NCBI GenBank assembly: GCA_964526325.1
Contig: CAZGKM010000009.1
Span: forward strand, 1-51,451
Reading direction: 5' to 3'
DNA from: an uncultured Gammaproteobacteria bacterium
GTDB lineage: Bacteria > Patescibacteriota > Patescibacteriia > Patescibacteriales > GWC2-42-12
DNA length: 51,451 nt
Below the pieces are notes generated by a model, which searched no databases, was not told where the DNA came from, and was given only the letters and a program-made list of their open reading frames with translations. Of the stretch, positions 10,156 to 19,018 are shown piece after piece (the first letter of the stretch is position 1; each line of letters opens with the position of its first letter). A program made the position numbers and the translations under genes.

Positions 10156-10265
10156 TTGCTATTGCGGGCCTGCCGGCAGGTAATCCAGTAGCTTGTTCAG
10201 ATCGTTAAAGCTGGATTCCGGCATCCTGTATCAAGCGCGGGGCAGGCCACGATCGGAATAACAGG
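10156..10265. repeat. Palindromic ~110-nt MITE/REP-like element (family A2: TTGYTATTSCG termini, GGAATCCAG core)
   Basis: Left arm TTGCTATTGCGGGCCTGCCGGCAGGTAATCCAG. The reverse complement of the right arm reads CTGTTATTCCGATCGTGGCCTGCCCCGCG...GGAATCCAG. Lies between glyA stop and folD start. Confidence 0.65.
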
Positions 10266-10270
10266 AAAAA

Positions 10271-11518
10271 TTAAATTGAAGGTATGGGAAACTCCAAGCA
10301 CATCTCTTTAACTTCTTCTCTAATGCTATCCAGCATCTCGGCTTCATCTTTTTGTTCAATCGCCGAGTTAACCCAGCCGACAATTTTCTTTATTTCCGCC
10401 TCTTTCATGCCGCGCGTAGTTATGGCCGGAGTGCCGAAACGCACGCCCGACGGATTCATGGGCGGATTCGGGTCGTTCGGTATAGTTGAGCGCGAAACCG
10501 AAATGCCGCATTTTTCTAAAATAATTTCCGCTTCTTTGCCGCTAATATCTTTTGAAGTCATATCAACCACCATCAAATGATTATCCGTGCCGCCGGAAAT
10601 TACCCGATAGCCTGATTTTATGAATTCCTCGGACATGAGCTTGGCGTTAGCGATTACCTGTTTGGCATATTGCTTAAACTCCGGGCGCAGCGCTTCGCCG
10701 AAAGCCACGGCTTTAGCCGCGGTAATATGATCATGCGGCCCGCCTTGCATGCCCGGGAAAACCGCGCGGTCAACAAATTTTGCAAATTGCTCTTTGCACA
10801 TTATCATGGCGCCGCGCGGACCGCGCAAAGTTTTATGAGTAGTCGTTGAAACTACGTCGAAAAACGGCACCGGATTATCCATTTCGCCGGCCGCGATTAA
10901 ACCGGCCGTATGGGCGATATCGGCGAAAGTAAACGCGCCGACTTCATCGGCAATATCCTTGAATTTCCGCCACTCAATTTCTCGCGAATAAGCGCTGTAG
11001 CCGGCCACGATCATTTTCGGTTTTTCGCGCAAGGCGATCTCGCGAACTTTTTCCATATTTATTTTTCCGGTCTCGGTATCCACTTCGTATTGCGTAAAAT
11101 TATATAGTATGCCGGAAAAATTCACCGGATGGCCGTGAGATAAATGGCCGCCATGGTCTAAGCGCAAGCCTAAAACTTTATCGCCCGGCTTTATGAAAGC
11201 GAAATAAACCGCCGCGTTGGCCGGCGAACCGGATAAAGGCTGGACGTTAACATGCTCGGCTTGAAATAATTTTTTCGCCCGCTCGATGGCCAAATTTTCC
11301 ACTTCATCGATTATCTGATTCCCGCCGTAATAGCGATGGCCGGGAAAACCTTCCGAGTATTTATTTGTCAGTACCGTCGCCATGGCTTCCAATACGGCCT
11401 TGGAAACATAATTTTCCGAAGCGATTAATTCCATTTCCTCAACTTGCCTATGCATTTCCCGTCTGACTACGGCCATGATTTCCTTATCCTCTTCGCTTAG
11501 ATTTTTATAATTTAGCAT
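10271..11518 (-). CDS. glyA: Serine hydroxymethyltransferase
   Basis: 415 aa; TTTHKTLRGPRG (PLP lysine), GGHLSHG. Confidence 0.95.
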   Translation of the reverse strand: MLNYKNLSEEDKEIMAVVRREMHRQVEEMELIASENYVSKAVLEAMATVLTNKYSEGFPGHRYYGGNQIIDEVENLAIERAKKLFQAEHVNVQPLSGSPANAAVYFAFIKPGDKVLGLRLDHGGHLSHGHPVNFSGILYNFTQYEVDTETGKINMEKVREIALREKPKMIVAGYSAYSREIEWRKFKDIADEVGAFTFADIAHTAGLIAAGEMDNPVPFFDVVSTTTHKTLRGPRGAMIMCKEQFAKFVDRAVFPGMQGGPHDHITAAKAVAFGEALRPEFKQYAKQVIANAKLMSEEFIKSGYRVISGGTDNHLMVVDMTSKDISGKEAEIILEKCGISVSRSTIPNDPNPPMNPSGVRFGTPAITTRGMKEAEIKKIVGWVNSAIEQKDEAEMLDSIREEVKEMCLEFPIPSI

Positions 11519-11555
11519 ATTATTAAAAGTTAAAATTAAAATTTATTTTCTTACT

Positions 11556-11738
11556 AAGGCGAGCCTAGAAAAATTTAGGAAAAAATTTATGGCAAAATTT
11601 TTTACAAAATTTTCTTGTTTGAGCCGTTAGGCGAGTTGAAAATTTTGTTAGAAATTATTGACATAAATTCCTAAATTTTTCTCCAGCTCGCGATTTTTGC
11701 GCCGCTTTTTCTAAAAAATCGGCCCCGCGGAGCGAAAA
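11556..11738. mobile_element. Family B MITE-like element (~183 nt) with ~25-nt terminal inverted repeats, copy 1
   Basis: GCGAGCCTAGAAAAATTTAGGAA ... TTGTTTGAGCCGTTAGGCGAGTT ... TTCCTAAATTTTTCTCCAGCTCGCG ... CCGCGGAGCG. Second copy at 20124-20306. Confidence 0.75.
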
Positions 11739-11791
11739 CTCTTTAAACAAAACTCTATAATTTAATACTACTTCCCGCCACCCTTTTTGTC

Positions 11792-11826
11792 AAAAAAAAA
11801 GAGGGACAAGCTTCTGAGCTTGCCCC
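11792..11826 (-). terminator. Strong intrinsic terminator closing the 12469->11800 transcript
   Basis: Minus strand reads GGGGCAAGCTcagaAGCTTGTCCC followed by a 9-nt T-run. Confidence 0.85.
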
Positions 11827-12075
11827 GATTAAAATGATTAACGTTTTCCGCTAAGAGCGGATTGCCTTTGCCAAAGGAGAGCGGACCTATTTATGCCGCA
11901 TCTCTTGATTTAATACCACGCGCGAAGCATTGGTTTGCTTCTGAACCCCTCTTTGTAGGGCTACGCTCCGATACATGGATAAACGCTGTTCGCAGGAGGA
12001 TTCTGCATCAAAGAAGAGAAAATGGTCGGAAACTTAAGGCTATCATACCCCCGTAAAATACCGGAAACCGTTTTT
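11827..12075 (-). ncRNA. Unclassified structured, GC-enriched non-coding region (candidate cis-regulatory leader or sRNA) upstream of glyA
   Basis: No credible ORF. Local hairpins (GAAGCA/TGCTTC, CCGCT/AGCGG, CCTTTG/CAAAGG), duplicated TCCGCTCT, and it ends in a canonical terminator. Confidence 0.35.
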
Positions 12076-12102
12076 AAATTCGTCGCTTCTCGCCGATTTT
12101 TT

Positions 12103-12342
12103 TTACATAAACAACACATAAGATGAATCCTTTCTTGTTAAGGTTTCGAAAAATGTGTTTCCGCTTCTGCCTCGCCAAACAAAGCCTGCAGCCTTGCGGT
12201 CGCCACAAATGCGGAATATTTTAGCCTTTGGCAGGCGCAATATAATACCAGCTTGCCTTGCTTTAAGATAATCAAGCAAAACGATGTCGGAACCCCGAAC
12301 AACGGTCAATATCGGCCGCCAAACTTTAATCGCAAAAAGCAA
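12103..12342 (-). CDS. Hypothetical small protein (79 aa from TTG; the track ORF extends to ATG at 12390)
   Basis: SD GGAGGTG lies 6 nt upstream of the TTG at 12340-12342; no recognisable motif. Confidence 0.4.
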   Translation of the reverse strand: MLFAIKVWRPILTVVRGSDIVLLDYLKARQAGIILRLPKAKIFRICGDRKAAGFVWRGRSGNTFFETLTRKDSSYVLFM

Positions 12343-12440
12343 TACCTTCACCTCCTCTCGTAAAAATTTATTGTTTGTACAATTTTGCATAATTAATTAC
12401 GATGACTATAATGATGATGATAAAGAACGATAATATTTAA

Positions 12441-12469
12441 ATATTATTATAAAAATTTTAGCCTGTCAA
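12441..12469 (-). promoter_or_regulatory. Sigma70-like promoter TTGACA-17-TAATAT
   Basis: Minus strand: TTGACA at 12469-12464 and TAATAT at 12446-12441, just downstream of the HD gene stop. Confidence 0.5.
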
Positions 12470-12478
12470 ATTAAAAAA

Positions 12479-13069
12479 TCATTTTATTTTTTTATAAGTC
12501 ATCTTTTTTAAACCTACCCACCAATCGGTAAATTTAATTTTTTTCATCTCGACTAAAAGCAATTTCGCCGACTTCGTTTCTAAAGCTTTCTCTACATTAT
12601 TAATCCAATCCTTGGCGGATTCGTAGCCTGAATCGGCATATTCTTTAGCCTGGAAAGCTTGCTCCAGCCAATCAGCATCTTTAGCGACAATACCCTCTTT
12701 AGTATTTCTATTTTCAAATTCATTAAAATATTTTTTCCATTTTTCGCTTATCGCATATCCTAATTGATTTAATTGATCGCTAAAAGCATGGTGTTCGGCC
12801 GCTTTAGTATCGAAGTATCTGGCTGAAACTTTATGGTGGTCGCCGATTCTAATTTCTCCATTATCATGAATTAAAACCATGGCCGCGACTTTTTCCGGAC
12901 TTTTTATGCCCTCCATTACGGCTAAGATATAACCGATTTGCGCCGCGCGCATAACATGCTCGGCGATACTGTCAGGATCTTTAACTCCGCATAATTTAAA
13001 ACCATTATGCTTCAAACGTTTTAATTGATTTAATTCAAAAATAAAATTTGCCGTATCTTTTATATTCAT
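12479..13069 (-). CDS. HD-domain hydrolase (YfbR-like 5'-nucleotidase family)
   Basis: H..HD..D pattern: SIAEHVMR, LIHDNGE, KDADWLE; 196 aa. Confidence 0.75.
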   Translation of the reverse strand: MNIKDTANFIFELNQLKRLKHNGFKLCGVKDPDSIAEHVMRAAQIGYILAVMEGIKSPEKVAAMVLIHDNGEIRIGDHHKVSARYFDTKAAEHHAFSDQLNQLGYAISEKWKKYFNEFENRNTKEGIVAKDADWLEQAFQAKEYADSGYESAKDWINNVEKALETKSAKLLLVEMKKIKFTDWWVGLKKMTYKKIK

Positions 13070-13106
13070 ATTTTATTGTCTAAATTTAAAATATTTTACA
13101 CTAATA

Positions 13107-14816
13107 TTATATCAAATTCTTCGCCATATAACTACCCTGTAATTTATAGCCTAATTTCCGATAATATCCTCTTACGCCCACGCCGGCGATCACGACCATT
13201 TTTTTATAACCTTTAAGCCGCGCGATTTTTTCCGCCTCGGCCATTAGCATTTTACCCAAACCGGCATGCTGAACTTTTTTCGCCCGCGTTGAGTTTGCCG
13301 AAGCGCCAACAGAAACAAGCTCGCCGTAAACATGAAGCTCCCGAATTAATGCTGTTTTGCCCCCTTTAGCAAAGGGGGACAGGGGGAATTTCATGTTTTG
13401 CTTCACTAATCTTAACCGGCAAAATCCATATAAAATTTTTCCATCCTTAGATTCATAACTTAAGAAATATTCTTCACCAAATGAAGCTTTATATTTTATA
13501 ATTTTTAACTTTATACTTTTAACTTTAAACTTTTGATCTCCGGCTTCCCGGCATCTAATGCATTTACAGGCCACGCCGCGGTCTTTCATTACTTGCCTTA
13601 AATTAGTTATTAAATTACCGGCCATAATCGATTCGCCAGGAATATCGCGGATCAACCTGATAATACGCACATACTGCGGCACTATTTTTTTGCACTCTAC
13701 GATTAAATTCTGTAAAACTTTATCGGAATATGGCTTATACTTTCCGGCGCGCCACCATTTATATAATAAGCTGCCGCGCGTTACCACGGTCGGATAAAAT
13801 TTTAACTGGTCGGGTTGAAACCGCTGGTCGAAAAATAATTTTTTAAACATGGTTAAATCTTTTTTCGCCGTGGCGCCATAGAGACCGGGCATAATATGAT
13901 AAGTCACTTTAAAGCCGAAATTTTTTAAAAGTTCGGTGGCGCCGACGATTTCCGCCACTCCATGTCCGCGCTTATTTAATTTTAAAATTTTATCATCAAC
14001 CGCCTGCACGCCGAGTTCTACTCGCGTCGCGCCCAGCTCGCGCATTTCCAGTAATTCTTTATCATTAATATAATCCGGACGCGTCTCAAGCGTTATGCCG
14101 ATAATTTTATATCTGGCGCTTTCATTTTTTTTCTGTTCAGATAACAATTGTTGTTTCAATTTTTGCTTGTCCTCCGAAACTTTAGCGGAGGAGGAAATTT
14201 TTTTGTGATTTGGGATTTTTTTTCTAAAATCATTCGCCGCCTTAAAGCACCGCGTTATATACCAATACTTATAATTTTCCGGCAATACCGACCAAGTGCC
14301 GCCAATAACAATCAATTCGATCTTCGTCGGCTCATGCCCGTTAGCTTCTAAAGCGCGCAAGCGCAACTCTACCTGTTTATACGGATCATAACCGCAGCGA
14401 ATTGCGCGCATAACCGCCGGCTCGTTAGACAGATAGCTTTGCGGCACGCCGGATTCGCTAGGGCAATAAGCGCACCGGCCGGGGCAGGGATAGGACTTGG
14501 TTAAAACCGCTACTGACGCGATGCCGGATAAAGTTCTGACCGAACGCTTGCGCAAAATTTTTTCCAATTCAGCTGAACTCCGCATCATGCCGGTTATTAA
14601 ACGCTTTTTATATTCGCTTAATATTTCCGAATTCAATAAAATACTGACTCCGTACTTTTTCGCCAGCTTTCTTTTAATCGCCATCAATTCGGCGCGCGAT
14701 TTTATTTTGTCTTTTAAGAGTTCATTAATGGCATCAATCCTCTTTTGTTTTTCCTTGATTGTCATTTCTTGGCGTGTTATTATTAAAACATGCAAATTTA
14801 ACCAAAATCTATTCAT
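13107..14816 (-). CDS. elp3: Elp3-like radical-SAM / GNAT acetyltransferase (tRNA U34 modification family)
   Basis: CPGRCAYCP (Cx3Cx2C) and C-terminal GNAT motif QHAGLGKMLMAEAE. Alternative start Met18 at 14765. Confidence 0.82.
   Translation of the reverse strand: MNRFWLNLHVLIITRQEMTIKEKQKRIDAINELLKDKIKSRAELMAIKRKLAKKYGVSILLNSEILSEYKKRLITGMMRSSAELEKILRKRSVRTLSGIASVAVLTKSYPCPGRCAYCPSESGVPQSYLSNEPAVMRAIRCGYDPYKQVELRLRALEANGHEPTKIELIVIGGTWSVLPENYKYWYITRCFKAANDFRKKIPNHKKISSSAKVSEDKQKLKQQLLSEQKKNESARYKIIGITLETRPDYINDKELLEMRELGATRVELGVQAVDDKILKLNKRGHGVAEIVGATELLKNFGFKVTYHIMPGLYGATAKKDLTMFKKLFFDQRFQPDQLKFYPTVVTRGSLLYKWWRAGKYKPYSDKVLQNLIVECKKIVPQYVRIIRLIRDIPGESIMAGNLITNLRQVMKDRGVACKCIRCREAGDQKFKVKSIKLKIIKYKASFGEEYFLSYESKDGKILYGFCRLRLVKQNMKFPLSPFAKGGKTALIRELHVYGELVSVGASANSTRAKKVQHAGLGKMLMAEAEKIARLKGYKKMVVIAGVGVRGYYRKLGYKLQGSYMAKNLI
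13359..13391 (+). repeat. Family C G5/C5 hairpin repeat inserted in frame in elp3
   Basis: GCCCCCTTTAGCAAAGGGGGACAGGGGGAATTT encodes FPLSPFAKGGK on the minus strand. Confidence 0.75.
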
Positions 14817-14890
14817 CCCGTTAAATATTTATTATGGTTGCCATTTATTAAAATGTCAAATCAAAATAATTGTTTTACGGGCGAAAATAT

Positions 14891-16051
14891 ATGAAAAAAA
14901 TAAAATTTAACGGTGTAAAAAAAACAATACTAACGGCCTGTTTGGCCATCTTGCTGTTGCCTTTAGCGGCTTCAGCTTACAGTATTAAAAAAGGCGATTC
15001 GGTTTATGTTTCAAAAGACGAAGTGGTCGAAGGCAATCTTTATGCCGTTGGCGCCAGCTTAACCATTGAAGGCAAGGTCACGGGCGACGTTATCTGCGCC
15101 GGGCAATCTATCAACATTAACGGCGATGTGGCCGGCGACGTTATCTGCGCCGGGCAATCTATCAACATTAACGGCAAGATCGGCGGCAATCTGCGAGTAG
15201 CCGGAAACTCCATTAATTTTAACGGCCAAGCGGCGCGAAACGGCATAATTATAGGCGCGACTATCGTAACCGCGGCTAGCTCAACTATCGGCTGGGACTT
15301 ATTGATTTTAGGCAATGTTTTTGAATTAAGAGGCGACGTTGGCCGCGACTTATACGGCGGAGCGGGAAAAGTCAACGTAGCCGGACAAATTGGAAAAGAT
15401 ATTGATCTTAATTTTGGTTCGCAAAACAATTATGCTAATCCCTTAACAATCGCCGGTACGGCTAAGGTTAACGGTCAAGTAAAATATAAATCGGACAAAA
15501 ACGCGGCCATTGATTCTAACGCAGTTATAAACGGCGAAACAATCCATAATTTTCCAACCGCGGCAGCCAAAAAATCAGATTTGGCCGATTTAGGCTGGTG
15601 GTGGGGAAAATTAATTTCCATATTTTCCGCGTGGGTTTTAGGTTTGGTTCTGATTAGTTTCTGGCGCGAGCAGATTATTAAAATTACCGATTTAATGCTG
15701 ATTAAAGCCGGGCCGAGCTTTGGCTGGGGAATTTTAGCCCTGCTATTAACTCCGCTTATTGCAATTATTTTATTAATTACCATTATCGGCATTCCTCTGT
15801 CCCTTATTTTAATTACACTGTGGTTAATCGCATTGTACGTAAGCAAAATTTTAGTCGGCATCTTAATCGGCCGCAGTGTATTAAATAACTACTGGCCCAA
15901 GAAAAAAGACTCTTTGATTTTAGCCATGATTATCGGTATCGCAATCGCGTATTTAATTTTCGCTCTGCCTTTAATCGGCTGGCTAATAGCTCTTCTGGCC
16001 GTACTCTATGGGCTAGGCGGAATTTTCATGTCATTAAAAAAACAATCTTAA
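14891..16051 (+). CDS. Membrane-anchored bactofilin-like (polymer-forming beta-helix repeat) protein
   Basis: Signal-like N-terminus, repeats GDVICAGQSININGxxxG, C-terminal multi-TM block. Start taken at MKKIKFNG (14891). Confidence 0.7.
   Translation: MKKIKFNGVKKTILTACLAILLLPLAASAYSIKKGDSVYVSKDEVVEGNLYAVGASLTIEGKVTGDVICAGQSININGDVAGDVICAGQSININGKIGGNLRVAGNSINFNGQAARNGIIIGATIVTAASSTIGWDLLILGNVFELRGDVGRDLYGGAGKVNVAGQIGKDIDLNFGSQNNYANPLTIAGTAKVNGQVKYKSDKNAAIDSNAVINGETIHNFPTAAAKKSDLADLGWWWGKLISIFSAWVLGLVLISFWREQIIKITDLMLIKAGPSFGWGILALLLTPLIAIILLITIIGIPLSLILITLWLIALYVSKILVGILIGRSVLNNYWPKKKDSLILAMIIGIAIAYLIFALPLIGWLIALLAVLYGLGGIFMSLKKQS
15083..15175 (+). repeat. Perfect 42-nt direct repeat (period 51 nt) inside the bactofilin-like CDS
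   Basis: ggcgacgttatctgcgccgggcaatctatcaacattaacggc occurs at 15083-15124 and 15134-15175. Confidence 0.95.
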
Positions 16052-16064
16052 AAAATTATTTTAT

Positions 16065-17402
16065 ATGCAAGTAATCGCAAATATTTTCAAAGCTTACGAC
16101 GTCCGAGGAATTTTTCCTAATCAATTAGACGAAGAAACAACGCGGGCCATAGGCTTTTGCTTCGCTAAAATTATTAAAGCTAAGCGAATTATTGTGGGCA
16201 GAGATATGCGCCTTTCTTCAAACATACTATTCAATGCTTTGGCTAAAGGCATAAATCAGGCCGGCGCCGAAGTGATTGATATTGGCATGGTCTCAACCGA
16301 TGCAACTTACTTCGCTTCTGGAAAATTAAGTTTGGCCGCCGTTATGATAACGGCTTCTCACAACCCCAAAGAGTGGAACGGCTTCAAGCTGACTAAAGCC
16401 GACGCTATTCCTTTTGGCGAAGATGATATAAAAAAACTTAAACAAGCGGTTATAAAATATAAAATAAACACAAAAAACACCAAACGAAAAATCAAAAAAA
16501 TTAACATCTCTCCGGGGTATATCAAAAATGTCTTAAGTTTTATTGATAAAAATAATATAAGCAAACTGAAAATAGCTGCTGATGCCGGCAACGGCATGGG
16601 CGGAAAAGTATTATCGGAAATTTACGCGAAACTTCCCTGTAAAATCGTACCTTTATATTTTAAGCCTGACGGTTCTTTCCCTAACCATCAGCCCAGCCCG
16701 ATTGAAAGTAAAAACTTAATTGATTTGCAAAAAAAAGTCAGGCAGACAAAAGCTGATTTCGGCATGGCTTTTGACGGCGATGCCGACAGAGTATTTTTTG
16801 TTGACGAAAAAAGCAATTTAGTGAACGGCGGTTCAATTGTCGCCGTCTTAGCGGAATATTTTTTAAAACAACATAAAGGAGAAAAAATAATTTACGATTT
16901 GCGCTGCAGCCACTTTATTCCGGAATTAATCAAGACTAACGGCGGCCAAGCGCTGATTTCCAGAGTCGGCCACAGTTTTATAAAAAAATTAATGAAAGAA
17001 ACCCAAGCTGTTTTCGGCGGTGAAATTTCCGGCCATTATTATTTCCGCGACAACTACCGGGCCGATAGCGCTATGATAGCGGCGGTAATTATTACGCAGA
17101 TACTTTCGGCCGGTAAAAAAAGTTTTTCGGAAATGATAAAAGATTATGTTAAATATTTCCAAATAGAAGAAACCAACAGCGAAGTTAAAAATAAAGATGC
17201 CAAATTAAAAGAAATAAAAAGAAAATATAAAGACGGAAAAATCTATAATATTGACGGCGTTACCGTTGAATACAAAGATTGGTGGTTTAATGTCAGAAAA
17301 TCTAATACCGAGCCGGTCTTACGCCTAAATTTAGAAGCAAAAACTAAAAAATTATTGAAGGAAAAAAAAGACGAACTATTAAAATTAATCAGAAAAAATT
17401 AA
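16065..17402 (+). CDS. Phosphomannomutase/phosphoglucomutase
   Basis: TASHNPKEWNGFK (active-site Ser), FDGDADR, GGEISGH. Confidence 0.9.
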   Translation: MQVIANIFKAYDVRGIFPNQLDEETTRAIGFCFAKIIKAKRIIVGRDMRLSSNILFNALAKGINQAGAEVIDIGMVSTDATYFASGKLSLAAVMITASHNPKEWNGFKLTKADAIPFGEDDIKKLKQAVIKYKINTKNTKRKIKKINISPGYIKNVLSFIDKNNISKLKIAADAGNGMGGKVLSEIYAKLPCKIVPLYFKPDGSFPNHQPSPIESKNLIDLQKKVRQTKADFGMAFDGDADRVFFVDEKSNLVNGGSIVAVLAEYFLKQHKGEKIIYDLRCSHFIPELIKTNGGQALISRVGHSFIKKLMKETQAVFGGEISGHYYFRDNYRADSAMIAAVIITQILSAGKKSFSEMIKDYVKYFQIEETNSEVKNKDAKLKEIKRKYKDGKIYNIDGVTVEYKDWWFNVRKSNTEPVLRLNLEAKTKKLLKEKKDELLKLIRKN

Positions 17403-17412
17403 ATTTTCATAA

Positions 17413-17447
17413 CAAAAAGTTGAGATATCAAATCTCAACTTTTTTTA
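17413..17447. terminator. Bidirectional intrinsic terminator
   Basis: AGTTGAGAT/ATCTCAACT stem with flanking A-run and T-run, between convergent genes. Confidence 0.8.
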
Positions 17448-17455
17448 TTTATCTT

Positions 17456-17752
17456 CTATTTTTTAAATAATCCCAAAATTTCTTTTATATCCGCCAAATC
17501 TTCTTCGGTTAAATTCAATTTTATCCTGTCCTGATGAAGCTTGTAAATTTCCCGCTCGGCCACGGTTGACGATATGCCGTAGCCGTTATGAATATTTGAT
17601 AAATGTTTTTTAATAATTCCCAAAACTATTTTCCAGTTGGCCTCGTCTAAATTGCTATAGCGGTAATTTTCCCTGACTAAAGTATTTAATTTTTGCGCGA
17701 ACCGGTCAAAAGTTTGCATTTTAGCCGTAGCCAAAAGTTCTTGGATATCCAT
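17456..17752 (-). CDS. Hypothetical protein, 98 aa, helical
   Basis: ORF only; tightly packed after the gdh stop; no recognisable motif. Confidence 0.45.
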   Translation of the reverse strand: MDIQELLATAKMQTFDRFAQKLNTLVRENYRYSNLDEANWKIVLGIIKKHLSNIHNGYGISSTVAEREIYKLHQDRIKLNLTEEDLADIKEILGLFKK

Positions 17753-17774
17753 ATAAATAAAAATGTTATTTATC

Positions 17775-19013
17775 CTAAATTCCTCTAACTTTTAACGCTT
17801 TAATCAATCTTTCCGCCGCTACCATATAGGCCGCGGTTCTCATATCGTTACCACATTGGCTTTCCATAACCTGCCAAACTTTATTAAAAGCGCCGACAAT
17901 CTGCTTTTCAAGATTAGCTTCAACTTTAGCCTGCTCCCAATAATAATGCCTTAAATTCTGCACCCATTCGAAGTAAGAGACTATCACGCCTCCGGCATTG
18001 ACTAAAACATCCGGCACGATTAAAACGCCTTTTTTCTGCAGTTTAACCTCGGCTGGCTGCGCTACAGGGCCATTGCCTAATTCTAGAATTACTTTAGCTT
18101 TTATTCGGCCGGCATTCTTCTCGTCTATAACATTTTCCAGCGCCGCCGGCGCGAGGACATCAACCGGCAATTCCAATAATTGCCGGTTGGTAATATTTTT
18201 TAAACCGTTAAAATTAATAACCGAGCCGGTAGTTTGCTTATGGGATAAAACCTGTTCAATATTTAAGCCTTGTTTGTCGTATATAGCGCCACGCGAATCC
18301 GATACGGCTACGATTTTATAGCCGGCCGCGTAAGCGATAACCGCAAAATTCATACCGACATTGCCAAAGCCTTGTATGGCCAAACTTATTTTATTTTTAT
18401 TAATTTTTTTCTTTTTTAAAACCTGCTCAAAAACAAAAAAACCGCCAAGGCTTGTCGCCGTATCGCGGCCGAGCGACCCGCCGATTTCCACCGGCTTGCC
18501 GGTTACTACGGCCGGCGTATTTTCACCTTTGATATGGCTGTATTCATCCATCAGCCAAGCCATAATTTGCGGATTGGTATAAACGTCCGGTGCCGGCACA
18601 TCTTTATACGGACCGATAAAATCAGCGAAGCCTCTGGCGTACGCTCGGGTTAACCTTTCAAGCTCGCCCCGGCTTAATTTTTTTGCATCCACGGTCACTC
18701 CGCCCTTGCCTCCGCCGTAAGGTATATCGGCTACGGCGCATTTTATGGTCATCCCAAAAGCCAAAGCTTTTACTTCGTCCAAATTAACTTTAGGGTGATA
18801 TCGAATTCCGCCCTTATACGGTCCGCGGATATTATTATATTGTACACGATAACCGGTAAAGACTTTAATATGGCCGTTATCCATCATCACCGGTAAAGAT
18901 ACTTCGATTATTCGGTCAGGTTTTCTTAAAATCTCCAGCTCATCATATTCAATCTTCATAATCTCACAGGTCTTATTCAATTGTTTTATAACGCCCTTGA
19001 ACTGTTCTGCCAT
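17775..19013 (-). CDS. gdhA: Glutamate dehydrogenase (Glu/Leu/Phe/Val dehydrogenase family)
   Basis: KGGIRYHP, PYGGGKGG, GFGNVG Rossmann motif. Confidence 0.9.
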   Translation of the reverse strand: MAEQFKGVIKQLNKTCEIMKIEYDELEILRKPDRIIEVSLPVMMDNGHIKVFTGYRVQYNNIRGPYKGGIRYHPKVNLDEVKALAFGMTIKCAVADIPYGGGKGGVTVDAKKLSRGELERLTRAYARGFADFIGPYKDVPAPDVYTNPQIMAWLMDEYSHIKGENTPAVVTGKPVEIGGSLGRDTATSLGGFFVFEQVLKKKKINKNKISLAIQGFGNVGMNFAVIAYAAGYKIVAVSDSRGAIYDKQGLNIEQVLSHKQTTGSVINFNGLKNITNRQLLELPVDVLAPAALENVIDEKNAGRIKAKVILELGNGPVAQPAEVKLQKKGVLIVPDVLVNAGGVIVSYFEWVQNLRHYYWEQAKVEANLEKQIVGAFNKVWQVMESQCGNDMRTAAYMVAAERLIKALKVRGI

Positions 19014-19018
19014 ATTAA

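Noticed and set aside
11800-12400. RNase P RNA, tmRNA, SRP RNA, ZTP, glycine or T-box element upstream of glyA
   Set aside because: None of the diagnostic strings is present on either strand: GAGGAAAGUCC / ACAGAA..GGCUUA, GGGG..UUCGAC, GGAAGCAGCC, CCGCCUGGGC or GGGUGGNACCGCG. The region is kept only as an unclassified structured element.
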